The position numbers were made by a program, and so were the translations under genes. From Carcharhinus amblyrhynchos (taxonomy: Eukaryota), in the NCBI GenBank assembly GCA_965287045.1, contig OZ336881.1:84940001-85004000 (forward strand): DNA of 64,000 nucleotides. The letters are read 5' to 3'. Within the stretch, counting starts at the first letter, position 1, and each line of letters begins with the position of its first letter. Positions 38,901 through 53,900 of the stretch are shown in pieces. Below the pieces are notes generated by a model. That model was not told the origin of the DNA and ran no database searches. It saw nothing but the letters and a program-made list of their open reading frames with translations.

Positions 38901-41900
38901 AGGCTGGGGATAGGGGGTTCGAATCCCACCATGGCACTGATGGAATTTAAACTTAATTAATAAATTTACAATTAACAGCTGGTCTCAGGTAATCATGAAA
39001 CTATCATCGATTATCATTAAGTTCACTAACGTTTTTTAGGGAAGGGAATCTTCTGTCTTTACCTGGTGGGTCTACATGTGACTCCAGAGCCACAGCAATG
39101 TGGTTGGCTCATAACTGCCCTCAGAAATGGCCAAGCAAATCACTCAGTTTAAGGACTATTTGGGATGGGCAACAAATGCTGGCCTTGCTGGTTAAGGAAT
39201 TAAAATAATTTTAAAAATTAATGAAAGGTACAGCACAATGACCTCACATCTTGAATTCTTTCTATGGTCCCTTCTCACTCAAAATTTCTTTCACCCATCT
39301 TTAGTTCTGGTGTATTCCATGTAATATTCTTTAACCAGCCTCAGGACTCTGCAATTCTCTTCCACTCACTTTACACCCCACCCCAACCCCGCCTCTCCCC
39401 GGCTTCTAAAGCTTTATCCTATCTATGACCAATCTCCTCATCACATTTTTCCACAGTTCATCCTCAGTATGTACCACCCCATCACCAACACCTTCCCCCA
39501 ATAAAAGTTTGTTCAGGCATTTTATTAGCAGGGGTGATGGAACCAAGAACTGAAGTGGACTCAGCAACATTTTCAATTCAAGGAAGTGCCTGAGAGGTTG
39601 TGCATTCAGAGCGACGATTTCCACTGCTCCATATTCAGGACTCAATACTCAGCACATGGAGCATTTAATATGATTCACTATAAATTACAAATTTTGCAAA
39701 TCAGCCCGATTGCAATGCGTTTTAGTTATAAATCAATACCACAGGCACTAACTTAGTTGCACATGGCAATGCAACAGTTATGTTACCGGACTAGCAATCT
39801 GATCTGTCAATGACCAATATACCCAAATGTACTGTTTCCCATAGGAGGGAATGCTTAAACCCCCATTGAAAGAAGGTGGGAGCACAGTTCCATAAAAATC
39901 TATAGGGGACAGATTTCTACTTCCATTTCTTCACTGGGAGAGATTTGATTATTTCATAATTTTCTGCTATACCAATTTTCAATCCTCACAGAAAAATAAT
40001 CAAAATATGAATGCAATTTATTATAAGGTTTCCTATAGAAGGTAAGAGGTGAAAGGGAATCTCCATTGATTTTGTTATCTCAAACACTGAAATTTAGTTG
40101 AATAGTTAGGAGTTGTTATCTTTCATTTATTTTAAAGGCTGCCATCTATGAAACCCAGCTTCAAACCCTTACATCTGGAGAAATAATGATTAAATCCCAC
40201 CACATCAGCTTGAGAGGTTAAACTTAGTTTTCTAAAAAAAAATGGAAATTAACAAGAACAATATGCTAAAGTGTCAGATTGTCATGGAAACCCAACTGGT
40301 TCACAAGTGGACATGGTATTAGGTTAGACTTGTGATAACAATATTACACTGACTGGTTGAGTTCAGAGAACGGGCCGCTTATCACACAGACTGTTCTGCC
40401 CGACTTATTTTCAATACTCGACATACTTTCCAAAATCCTCGAATTCATACCATATCAACTTACCAACAGCATACAATTCCACTCCGATAGCGCGCAAAGT
40501 TTCAGAAGGAATACCAACATCATCTTGTGATTTGCCATCTGTGATGAGGACACCAATTTTGCGTGCATTTGGACGAGCACCTGCTTCAGGCTTGAAGTTG
40601 TTTTCCAATATGTACTTCAAAGCCATGCCTGAGGCAAACAACAAAAGGCAACTTGCGTCAATGATTGAGCGAAAATTCATTGAGAGGTAAAATTGTACTG
40701 GTAATTGGTTGAAGGCTTTGACTAAGAGTTAGTATTTATTCCTCTGAGTTACATGGTGAAGGGTTCAATCCCTGTGTTTGCAGATCAGGATATGATCTCT
40801 GAACATTGAAAGGACAGCCTGTGGGGGATTCATATCCAAAAGGAGTAATCACTATTTCCACCTCTGAGCCTCCCCTCCAACACGGGAAATCAGTCAATAT
40901 TCCCAAATGTACTTTTTCCCATTAGAGGAAATGCTTAAACCCCATTGAAAGAAGATGGGAGCAAAGATGCCAATTTCCAATCCTTACAGGAAAATAAAAT
41001 ATCAATGCATTTTATTGTAAGGCTTCCTATAGGATGCAAGAGGTGAAAGGGAATCTCCATTGATTTTGTTATATCAAACACTAAAATTTCATTAAATATT
41101 TGAGAATTGTTATCTTTCATTTATTTTAAAGGCTGCCACTGATGATGCCCAACTTCAATCTCCTTTATATCTGGAGAAATTATGACAAAGGCATACTGTT
41201 CATTTATTTTTCAGAGATGTTAGACAATGGCCAATGAGATATGACAGGGTTACAATACAGAATTATATTGTAGGTTTATAAAGCTCCCGAGCCTATTTAG
41301 TGTACTGTGTTCAGCAATGGGCACCAATCCTCAGAGAGGAGTTTTTTTGACTTGGAGGGGGGCACAGTTGTTGGTTCACTAGAATAACACCATGAGTGCA
41401 AGGGTTAAATTATGAGAAGAGGGTACACTGATTTGACTTGCATTATCTTGATTACAGAAGATTAAATACCTTCTGAGTTATTTCAGTTGTTTAACGAGGT
41501 TGGTAAGGTAGATAGAAACTATTTCTGCTGGTGGGGAAATTCAGAACAGGAGGCTTAATCTTAAAATTAGATTGAACTCATAGAATCCCTACAGGACAGA
41601 AGGAGGCCATTTGGCCCATCGAATCTGTGTCGACTGTAATCCCACCCAGGGCTATTCCCATAACCCCACACATTTATGGTGCTAATCCTCCTGACACTAG
41701 GGGCAATTCAGCACACCCAATCCAGCGAACCCACATATTTCTGAACTGTGGGAAGAAACCAGAGCACCCAGAGGAAACTCACACAGACACGGGGAGAATG
41801 TACAAACTTCGCACAGACAGTAACCTGAGGCTGGATACGAAACTGGGCCCCTGGTGCTGTAAGATAGCAGTGCTGACCATTGCGTCACTGTACTAGCCCA

Positions 41901-44900
41901 GATCTAGACCATTCATTCAGGAGTAAAGCCAGAAAATGCTTTTTCACATAAATTATATTGGAAATGTGAAACTATCTCCCCAAAAAGCTATGGAAATTAA
42001 AGGGGTAGGTGGGGAAATCAACTGAAAATTTCAAAACTTGAGATCAGATGTTTTGTTATGTAAGAGTATTAATTAAGAGTTACTGAACGTGGGTACATAA
42101 GAACATAAGAACTAGGAGCAGGAGTAGGCCATCTGGCCCCTTGCGTCTGCTCCACCATTCAATAAGATCATGGTTGATCTCTTTGTGAACTCAGCTCCAC
42201 TTACCCACCCACTCACCATAACCCTTAATTCCTCTACTGTTCAAAAATTATCTATCCTTGCCTTAAAAACATTCAATGAGGTAGCCTCAACTGCTTCACT
42301 GGGCAGAGAATTCCATAGATTCACAACCCTTTGTGTGAAGAAATTCTTCCTCAACTCAGTCCTAGTTGGATTGGTAGGTGGATTGAGTTCAGCTACTGAT
42401 CACTTATGGTCTAATTGAAAAGTGGAACAGACTTAAGGGGCTGAATGGCCTGTTCTGATTCCTGTGCTTCTAAAGGATCATCCGGGTGTGCAGGATTAAA
42501 CAACCTACCTGTGAGGGTGTTGCCGCCTTTGTAAGGTAACCCTGCCACAGCAGCCAGCAAACTCTTCTTGTCCTTGTGCTCGTTTAGGTTCCACTCGGTC
42601 CTTGGGTCTCCACTGTACTGGGCCAGACCTGAATATTCACACAAGACAGTGAGCTGTGTTTTTTTTTCCCCATTTGTGAAATGATGGAGAAAAGCAAACT
42701 GATGGATTGAAGCCTAACACTGGGAGAACTTACCAAACTGTACTCTTCTTGGACCAATATCGAAGACTTGAACCAGCTTGGTGATGAAGTTTCTGATCTG
42801 ACGGAAATTAAGTCGTCCAATACTCCATGATCCATCCACAAGCAGCACAATATCAGCAGCTGCCTTGGTGGTACATTGCGTCCCTGTCACAGTTGGAAAA
42901 CAGTTACCATGGAGAACAAATTTTTGACACAAACTTTGAGCCTATTTTAAAAATAAATAATTGTGTACATTAAGCAGCATGTTCTCTTTCAGTTATTTGA
43001 GAATGAGACATGTAATCACCAAAATATAAAAGATAATTTGCAGTAGAATGTGGCTAAGTAATAGTCACCTTTGTAACTGACATTAAATAATCTCTATAGA
43101 GTTTAAGAATGGAACTGGAATTAAAAGGGACAGTGGCTTCATGACAATAGGTTGACCAAACTTTTTTTTTGGTTTGAGAAGGGAGACGATCATCATATAT
43201 AAGTGATACAATGGCATATTTAGTTGTAGTTAACATATTTGTATCACTTGGTTTTAAGAGGACTAGAAGTTAAATTTGAACAGCTATTTACTTGAATGAA
43301 GCCTCATCAGCAGTGGTAGATCATAGAATCATAGAATCCCTAAAGTGCAGGAGGAGGCCATTCGGCCCATTGAGTCTGCACTGAACACAATCACACTCAG
43401 ACCCTAATCCTGTATCCCCTCATGCTTACCCTGCTAATCCCCAACACTAAGGTTAATTTAGCACGGCCAATCAACTTAACCCACACATCTTTGGACTGTG
43501 GAGGAAATCAGAGCATGCAGAGGAAAGCCATGCAGACACGGGGAGAATGTGCAAACTCTACACAGACAGGGACCCAAGTCTGGAATCGAACCCAGGTCCC
43601 TGGCTCTGTGAGGCAACAGTGCTAACCACTGTGTCACCGTGCCATTCCTTTATTTATATGGTAATCCTGGCAAATAGCTACAAGTAATATATCCCAATGC
43701 TAACACTTAATACTAATGCTTTTAGAATTAGAAATGTATGTAATGGAGAATTATTTATCTATTATTCAAATATGTCAAGCATATTGTAATGCAGTATGAC
43801 CAAATAGACTGAGTATAAGTTAATTGTCAAAATCACCCAGTTTTATAGTCCCTGATTACAGCAACTTAACAATAAATAAGCTTGGATTACCATCTTCTTG
43901 TCAGTTCATTTTGGATAAGGGCCATTACTTTAGATAGAATAATGTTCCCTTAATGCTCCCCTGCTTAAATTTACCCAATGCTTTTGAAGATCCTTTGAAT
44001 TCAATATCAAACATTCATTGTGTCCAATCCCAAACCAAATGCTGGAAGAACATCGAAATAAAAATACAGAAAATCAAACTCAATTCTAACAAATCAAACA
44101 ACAGGTAGGTTAACACATATAAATGTTCATGGTTTCAGCACGAAAACACAATACAAATGAAAAACAGTATCCAAGTTTGTCAATCTCAATTACTTGCATA
44201 AATTAACTGAAGTATAAGACTTTAACTAGAGGCAGAAAGGTTCAATGCGTGGGGAGAAAATGCAAAAGATTGCATTGCACAAACACCAAAGACCACAATA
44301 CGCAAAGAAGGTTTCAAAATAATGTTTATTTAAATGTGTAGAGTGCTTGCGATTAATTCAACAACATTTTCTCTTTTGCAGATTTCGTGACAATCCACGC
44401 AATTGCAGGCTACATAACAAGCAATGACTCCTGGTTTTTTCCCTGATATGTACTCAGCTTGGTAAATTCACTCCATGGCTTAATATGTTTCTTCCATGCT
44501 CATGTATGACTCCTGTTTTCAGTGGGCAAAATACGGTAAGTGGATACACTGTTAGCTACAAAATTAAAAAGGAGTGCGAGTGGGGAAGGTCCTCTTCTAA
44601 ATGAACATCAAATATTAACATTTTAGGCACCACAAAGAGAGAAATAAGAATTAATTAGAGTTGCTGATCCATGTGCGATATATATACTGTGCATGATCAT
44701 GACTGGAAAAAAAAGAACAAGTTTATATTTTGAAGCAAGAAAAGACATCTTACAATGTGTACAGAGAACTGGAAAATTGTTACACTGGGGTAAACTTTGT
44801 GACAGTATAAGATTAAACTTTCAAGTTTCCCATCTGAACATTTAGTACACTCATCTTACATGTCTCTGTGTACGTTATGTCAAACATTTAAAATAAATAG

Positions 44901-47900
44901 GTTAATGCCAGAGAAGAATATGCTCAGAGAAGATTCACTGCACCGAAGATTGGATGTTCTACCTTTCTGAGTGGAAACTCCATGGTCTACACTCAAATGA
45001 ATCTATTACCCTTCAGTTACAAAGCCTTCATCAGCAAGCCCTTCAGATCCCTTTTATTAAAGAAAGGCTTCCAATAATAAAAGTAATACTTTAAGTGGTT
45101 TGCTTTCCTTTTAATTGGAATGTTTGCAATTGTGAAATTTCAGCGCAAGACAAACAGTTCCAGATCAATAGGAAGGAAACTAATGGAAAGTTTAAATGTT
45201 TAAATAGCTGATTTATTGACCACCTTCTCCTGCCCAAAATATACCTGCATTACTGTTGAAATAATTGTGCTGTGAATGTTCACTCAGTCTACTGTTGTGA
45301 GTGTGTGTTTAGGTTGTTGGCTCCTGTCAATATTCAGCTGGTTTTTTGATACATGGTGTGGTACAATGACACTTTTTAATCTGTTGTTATAAGTTGTAGT
45401 TTAGAACTGCAATGGGAAATAATTTTGGTGTACAATGTCACATAATGAGGGGGATTTTACAGCCTCGCTCATCCTGAAACCGTAAAATGCCGGTCAGTGG
45501 ACCTTTCCATGGTCCGTCCCTCGCCTGCTCCAATTTCTGTGATGGTAAATTCCAGCAAGTGTTACACCTATGAAATATGTGTAATCCTTTCTAAGAATAT
45601 CATGGTCAGTGTGAGAAGGTGGAATATGATAACCTGATTTGATTTTGATACTTTGGGACAATTAATTTTTCAACTGTCCCATTGCTACTTTGGAGGTTTG
45701 AGGTCTCTGCGTGAATGCAGAATTAACTTTATTAAATGTAACATAACTTATTTTCTTCTTGACAAATGTCCTTGTGTGCCTGTTTAATATGCTTTTACAG
45801 TAATTCTTCCTGTGAACAGTGATTCACATCTGCCTTAACACAATGGAAAGAGGAGTTTCATATGAGTGTATTAAATGTTCATAAGAGATCATAATTTATA
45901 CCTGTACCTGTGGGGACTCAATTCATACACACTGACAGTGTCCTGGTTTATTATCTTGTTGTAATTCAACTCCCTTATGCTGATGACCCTCAGAAATTCC
46001 CCACAGACAGTGGCATTTTCTGTTGCCATGTAAAGGTCTAGGTGGCCATGGCTGAGAGCGCTGGCATTTGGCCACTTCCCAGGCCATTGCCAATGACAAC
46101 AGCCAGGCACCAGCAGGCAGCAAAGAATAATCCTGACAGAATTCTCCTTATCATTTCCCAGACAACATCTCAACTCCTGCTTATTATCCAATTATGAAAG
46201 GAATGGGACTTACTTGACCCTCTCCTTCCCTCAGCCCAGAGATCCTTCTCCATAGAAACATGAAGTGACTGGAAGCGGCAGCCATTTTTATTCCAACCAA
46301 TGTTAATATCATAGTAACTTCATTGCAGTGTTGATGCAAGCCTTACTTATGACTAATAAATAAATAACTATAATAAATAAATTCCTCTTAGAAACCAAAT
46401 AGCGCTGGGAGTTGAGCAGATTCTAATGTCTGCCAATTTGAGTCAGTTGACCGCAGAATGGGGTGGTAATTCAGGAGAGGAAGGAATTTTGATTAAGGTT
46501 TCCTGCTCCTGGCACATTAGGAAATAAACTGTTGGTTTATTAAAAAGTCCTTTCTGGGAACTCACTCCAACTCCTGCTGCTGACAAATTTTCCCTGACAG
46601 AGAATTGGAGTGTAACCATGCTAGCCTAGGGTTAAGACTGCAGTCAGGTCGCAATGATATCACTGGAGTCTGACTGCATATGTAAGGCAGCAAGGGATCC
46701 ATGAGGATCAGGGTTCAGTGGAAGATCAGAGGGATAAGTCACCTGGTTGCATTTTTAACTGCAATCCCCTGCTCCCCCACCCATATTCCACTTGGAGTGT
46801 CGGTGGATGGGTGTCAAACCTCCCACCAAATTGACTAGCCTGGCAGAATAGCTGGTTGGGCAGTGATCAGTGAGACAAAGGTGCTGATTGCTTTCTGGAG
46901 CAATGGGATGAAAATTGAGGAATGTGTGGATATGGATCAACACTTCTATTTATTCACATCCTTTATTAGCTACAGGGGGCCTCAGGAGAGTGTGGAGCAG
47001 CTGCCACAATAACAAACTCTTGATCTAGAAAATGACCCATTTACAGAAAGTATTAAAAATATTTTACTGTCAAATTATTGGAAGTTTTAGAGGTGAGGTC
47101 AATTGCAAATTTAGAAGCTGATATTGAAAGCTTTTTTTGTTAAATATGGGTAATCAAGAGTTATAGAACCAATGGAGTTAAAATATAGATCAGCCAAGAT
47201 ATAATTTATTGGCAGATCAGGTTCCTGGCAAGGTGACCGTGTGGCACAGTGGGTAACGTCTCTCCCTCTGAGGGTTTAAGTCCCATCCAGAACTTAATAG
47301 CCACAAAAGGTACATTTAGAACATGGCTAAACAGGTCGATCATCAACCTGTATATCCTTCCAATATGCCAAGGTAAACAGTAAGAGTGGGAGAGACGGCT
47401 GGGTCTGCCTTACTTGTTGCCAGGTGGTGCCCTTCAAGCTATTGACCTATTCCAGGAAAAGCAAACAATGGAAAACAGGCATGAGCATGTGCTTTATCTG
47501 CTCCATGTATCTCTGGATGCAGGAAGTTAACTAAGTCAGGTTTAAGCATCTGATTAGCCTCCTTTATGTTCTTATTAGTCCCAATGCTTAATATGTCACT
47601 ACTTTGGAGAGAAGCATTGTGTTAAATCACTGATCATTCTGCACAGTTGTTACCTGATTCCACCGTAGGCGTCTCTATTGGCTCATCGCTAAGGGTTGTC
47701 TTCTCTTCCCCGAAAAGTGGCAAACTTTCTCCACCTTCAAACATTCCAGAAACTGCCACTTTGTAGGTGGTACCAGCTCTGCAAATATGAAAACATAGCC
47801 AAGGTGTCAGCTTGACATCATAGTTGGCATAAAAAAAGTTTTTTTTAATTTATTTCACTGCAAAGCAACAACTCTGGTCGCTTGTTCATAACACCAGCAG

Positions 47901-50900
47901 AGAATGAGAAAAAGAAACTCATAATTAGGGAATCCTGCAATCTCAATCAGAGCATTACTCTTTGTAGCTAGAGTCAGTGTTTGCTTTCTCTCATCGCCTG
48001 AGACACCTTTTGGGGGCAGAAGTGAAGTTAAGTCAAGCAGAAATGGAAATTGCCCCAAGTCCCCCTCCTGCACTACCATTCCAGAGCTTGGGACTCAAGG
48101 GGCTGAAGACATGGCCACCAATAATGAAACGACAAAAGTGCAAGAGACCAGAATTGAAGAAACGCAGAGATCTTGGAGGATTGTGGGGCTGGAGGGATGA
48201 GGGGTTACTGAGATGGGGAGGGTGAGCCTATTTGACTACAATAAAGTTACATTCAAGGTGCTGCCAGAACAGGAACAAATTTAGGTCAGCGAGAACAGGG
48301 GTGATGAGCAAGAGAGTTTGATGCAACTCAGAAAACTGACAGCAGAGTTTGAGATGAGCTCACATTTATGGAGGGTGGGAAGGCAGCCAGTGGAATGTTG
48401 GCCAGTTGTGTCTGGAAGTGACTTTGTCATGCATGTGAGTGTCAGCAGCTGATGATCTGAGGCAAGGCGGAGATGGACGTCACTGCTGAATGGGAGACAT
48501 ACGCTCCTGACAATGGAACAGATCTGTGGTTGTGAGCCCAGCTCAAGGCCAAGTAGGAACAGACTAATAAAACAAGGAGTAAAAGCAGTTATTCTGCCAG
48601 AACCAGATGGTTCATATGGAAGACAGGCTTTTATGTGATACACGCAATGGGGTTCACATAGAACTACCATGTATGAAGCACACATTGAGAATAACATACA
48701 ATATCCCACAGGCATTCTGTATCTGGTTCTCTTTAACAATGTCTTTGATTGACAAACTATTCCAAATCGCTGCAATCAAAAGTGCATTAAGTAAATGTTT
48801 AAATATGATAACTCCCTCATGAGCATCAAAATCCATTTCAGATTTTACCTTCCCACTCTATCAAGTAACAAGTAACATAGTTAAGTAAATAAATGGAACT
48901 CTGATATCTAATTGCACCGATGGGAGGTGACTCAATTCTAAGGCGATCTGAGGTAAAAAAATAAAGAATGAAGTAAAAATGAAGTGTAAAAACAGTTACA
49001 TCATGGCTTAATGGAAAACAGATAAAGTAATCAACAGGCTTTTTCTTCAGAATATGCAGAGAGTAGCCACATCCCCGATTATCTGTGGGCCACAGTTTGA
49101 GTGGGGATAAGCTGTTGATTCAGCTGTCATGGCGCACCAGGCCCTTGAGCTCAGGTGGAGTGAAAAGCAAGGGTTGGCAGAAAGACAATCCGGTCGAGCA
49201 GACCATAATGAAAAGAAGATGTGAGCTGTAAAGAGAATAATGCACACCAGCCACAGCGTTTCCCAAACTGCCCTGCAATCATTCTTTCATCACAGTCACT
49301 CCTTCCAAGTTGGTGAGGATAATTTTTTTTTTCAATTTCAGTTCATAGCTGCTGTTTTATTATTAATAATAATAAGGGAAAATAAGTTGTGAAGTTTTCC
49401 AATCTCACCAGGGCATTTGCCCTTCTCTGAAGTCAGAGACAAAAGCTCAGTTACCAGGATCATACTTGCAAGAATGGTTTCCAGCACTGGAACCATGGAA
49501 AACCCAAAAACCCTCTCCTTGCCGAATCACATCTTCTCCTACTACCCTTTTCCAATCTTGGTGAACAACTGCCCTCAGCTCTTCATCCAGAATTCTCCAT
49601 AAGAATAACATTTAATGGAGCAAATTCTGCACGTTTCAACTGTTTGCCTTCCAATCATACACATTTGGAAAAGTTTAATGGCCAAATTTAAAAAAAAATA
49701 AAAGATGGGTAAAAATGTAATGTTCTGCATGAGTAAACAGAAATCGCCAGAGATATCTGCCATTTCAGAAATTAGTCCTTACTTTTATAGGGGCAAATCA
49801 ACAAATCATGTCTCAGCAGCCTTTTTTTGCTTGTCCTTTAACCACCAATTTCTAAAACTTGGCTCATCAAGATGGGACATAAATCCTACCATCAATGCAT
49901 TAAGGGGGCAGGAACTTTTAGCCATTCCCGCTGGCGACATCTATCTGTCCCCATCAATAGTGGCCGCGCCCCCTCCCCCCCAGCGGGACCCCGGTGGCAG
50001 AAAATGCAAACAACAGGAAGCCCCGTTGACAACCACAGGACTGGAAGATCCCAGTGCTGGCCAATGACGGGCAACCTCTGCTTCTGCAAAACGTACTCTA
50101 GGGTTGTGGAAATTCCTGCCCTACAAATGGATAGATGTCAGAAAATCAACAGGCAGCAATAATTTCATGATGAATTCAAATGGTTGATCTGTAAAGTAAT
50201 AGATAAATGGCAGTGGGTTACAGGCTGGAATTTAATCAAAGGGTTCAGGAAGTTTATTTATACCTAATAATGGAGAGCTGAAAATGAGAGCCACAGACTG
50301 CAGCACAGCTATTGACTAATTAGTGTAATTTCAGATTGTAGTAGTTCTAGTTTCAAATGTTGAGCTCCACAGATAATTTTTTCAGAGCATTTCCCCACTC
50401 ATCCCCCAAAGCCTTGGCATACGAGCTTTGGAAATCTTGACAGTACGCAATTAAACCACTTTTCCATTTGAGTTATGAGAGGCGAGCAGGAAAATCCCTG
50501 GGGAAATCCAATTCTTGGTGAATTTAAAGTGGAAACTGAATTCCAATTCAGAATCTTGACGCAATTATTCCATATTTCTAATAGGTCCAGGGGTGAAATT
50601 ATGGGCCTTAGCGGAGGGCCAAGGATGCTGGGAACCTTCAGTGGGGTCCAGCACCTGACACAGGCTAGTGCTGCAGTTTCCCAGCTTCTGAGGAATTGCC
50701 ACATTGCCTGTAAAATATGGAATGGACTAGTGAGAATTTATAGAAACAAGTATCTGGTGCCCTTTGGCAATGAAAAAACACAATGTAACCATTCACACGA
50801 ACTACAAAGACCATTTGTGTGAGCAAACTGCCTTCAATCCCACAACTGGAATAAACTACCAAAGGAAATAGCCACAGCTCCATCACTGGGATCTTCAGAA

Positions 50901-53900
50901 TCCATCTTTAGACTATTCCCATTTTAAACAAAAATGATCAGAATTACCATCTTAGCAGCTCATGCCTGGTTCCATTAGCACTACCCATATATATGTTGGT
51001 GGAGTACAAATGACAGTACGAAAGGAGAAACAGAAATGCCACAGGTAGTACATTACATCCTTCCTCACATTTTTTTCGATACTTCAGCTCATTTAAATTT
51101 GGTGGAAGATCTTCAAATCCCTACCAAATATTCGTAATGCAACCAAAGAACGTCCACGCTACAAACAGTCTAAACCTATCCCAACCCAAATAGTCAAGAA
51201 TCATACAATGCCTCCAACTGTACTAGAATAAAATCAAAGAAGGTAACACGTTATTAAATTCATTTGAAAGCCTTTACAGCTTCATTTTCTTTTTAAGGGT
51301 ATCAATACTCTGGGCATTTAGTCCGAGTTGTGTTCCTGCAGAGTTACACAGAGAAAACCAGTGTTTCTCTTTGAAATCAATCCTGATTGTTTTCATCTAC
51401 CTTCTGGTAGATAGCTGGAGTTTATCACTGGCAAATACTCCACAATGTCAGGGAAATCAAAGGTAGCAATCCCAAGGTCACAATCCAATCTCGCAACTAA
51501 AAATGTTTCCAGATCTGCTCCTTAGGCTCAAGATTTCACTAACACAATGATAGTAGTGCAAACTTGTTCCCTTGCTACTTTAAAAATAAAGAGCATTATC
51601 CAATTTTGTGTTTACCTTAGCTCTTCCAGTACCACAGTTGTATCATATGGTCCCAACACCATTTCCCCTAGTTGTTCTTCCCTTCCCCTTGGGTGGTAGA
51701 TGACTTTGTATCCTTTGACCTCTCCTGGGGATGGATCCCATGTCACTCTGAAGCTAGTTCGTGCAGGTTCAGAAGTTTGTAAGTTTTGAGGAGGTTTGTA
51801 TGGCGAGGCTGATGAAGAGGGTGGGAGAAAATCCAATGTTAATAACTGAACTTCATCTCAACCATCCATCAAAGCAACATTTCTCACTGAATATTGATAT
51901 ACGAAAATGAAAACAGCAACAGATCAATTCAACATCCTGGCCTGTCCTACTCAGCTATGAAACCTTGTGCAACATGGTGCAGACCCTCCCCCAAACATCT
52001 GACAGCTGGGAAGAAACAGGATCAGATAAAAACCAAGACCAATTTATTCTGGCAGATCTGAAGTGAGTGATTAGTATACTTACAGATGGTTAAGAAGAAT
52101 TCAGTGTAGCACAATTTGACTGTGGGCAGTGACCTTTTAATGCACTTTAGCACAGAAACTGTTGTCAGTGGTTTTGTATGACAAATGCACAGTGCATTTA
52201 AGTTGATTCTGCTGTAATGTTTGAGGATATTTGGCAACCAATTTGTGCACAGCAATCTTTCACAAACAGCACTGTCATGATGGCTAGATAATCTGTTCTT
52301 TTGTGATAGCAACTAGAGATAAACATGGATGAAGATACTGGGGGGATGGTCCCTGCTCTTCTTCAAGTTGCGCTACAGGATCTTTTACATGCACCTGGGA
52401 GAACAAATGGGGTCTCAGTTTAATATCTCCTCTAACCATGCTGCACCTCCTCAGTGTCACTGAGGTTGTGTTCAAGTACTTGAACGATAGAATATTACTC
52501 TGGAATAACATGATGGATATATAATCCTCAGAAACAAAATAGTGTAAATATAAACTAGGAGACCTCAGCGATGCCTGCTCTTTGGGGTCATCTGATAAGA
52601 AACTTTTAAAATCTCACTGCATGTTATTCAGAACCACTGTCTCACCTGTAGATCCCTGTCCCACTCGTAATTTTCCTTCTCCTTTTCTGTACATAGGAAT
52701 CACTGAGACGTTGTATAATGTATGGGGGTTAAGCCGTCTGAGGACAGTGCTGGTCAGATGAGCGGGAATCTTGGTGCCAATGCTCCTACCCCCCCCAGTG
52801 GCTGGCCTGTAGGAGAGTCTGTAGTTCAGCACGTTGCCTGGAGCAGGCAGCCACCTCACACGGAAGGAGCTGACTGTTTCGTCTGAAAAGATCAGGTTCT
52901 TGGTCTCTGGTGTAGCTGTTTAACAGCAGAAGAGAAAAATATTGTAGCTGTTATTTTGATAAATCATCTTCAAGTACTTTTGAAGTGTAATCGCTGCTGT
53001 AACGTGGAGAAAAGTGACAACCAAATTGCTGATTGCAAGCTCCCACAAACTGGAAAGAGTTAACTGGCCAGATAATCTCACTTAGTGCAGTTAGGCGATA
53101 CATAAATATGAATTGGGACACTGAGAATATTACTGCACTTCACAATAGTGCTGCATGATCATTTGCTTGAGAGAGCACACAAGTTCAGTATAACATTACC
53201 AACTTTACCAGTCCAGAGGTGTGCGGGTTAGGTTGATTGGCCATGCTAAGAAATTGCCCCTTAGTACCCGGGGATATGTAGGTTAGAGGGATTAGTGGGG
53301 ATAATATGTAGGGATATGGGGGGTAGGGCCTGAGTGGGATCGTGTTTGGTGCAAACTCGATGGGCCAAAGGGCCTCTTTCTGCACTGTAGGAGTCTATGA
53401 TCTATGCACTTGTTGAGGCCGATTCTATCCAAATGCATAAGGTCAAGGCCTATTCTGTTTAATTTCAGTAGATTGCCTTCAGCTGTTCAGCAAGTTGATA
53501 CAGTTAACTATTAACTGTCGAGGAACTGCACATGTCAGGAACGTTTCAAGGTGGATAACGAGTCAGTGTTGAGTTGGTTGATCTTAGCCAGCTGAGAGGC
53601 AATTCAGCCGAGGGAAACCTGGATTAAGGAAGGGAATATCAATGCAAGGACGTGCACTCCTGATTTCTAGTCAGCAATCCCCCTGGCAAGGAAGGCATTG
53701 TGACATGTGTGGGTAAAACTGCCCCTGGCTGTGATATCAGACGTCACTGCAAAATCACCAAATTTGGACCTGAAAGTTATTGGAGAAAAACCAGTGCCTG
53801 TTAGACAGGATATCAGAAACGAGGTCAACACTTCAGGACTGGAAAGGATGTCAGTGACAGAAAAGAAAACAGGATAATTTTTTCTCATTGCTTTCAAAAT

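Noticed and set aside
49100-49300. Intronic C/D-box snoRNA on the minus strand
   Set aside because: A box C-like word is present, but there is no well-spaced D box or terminal stem.
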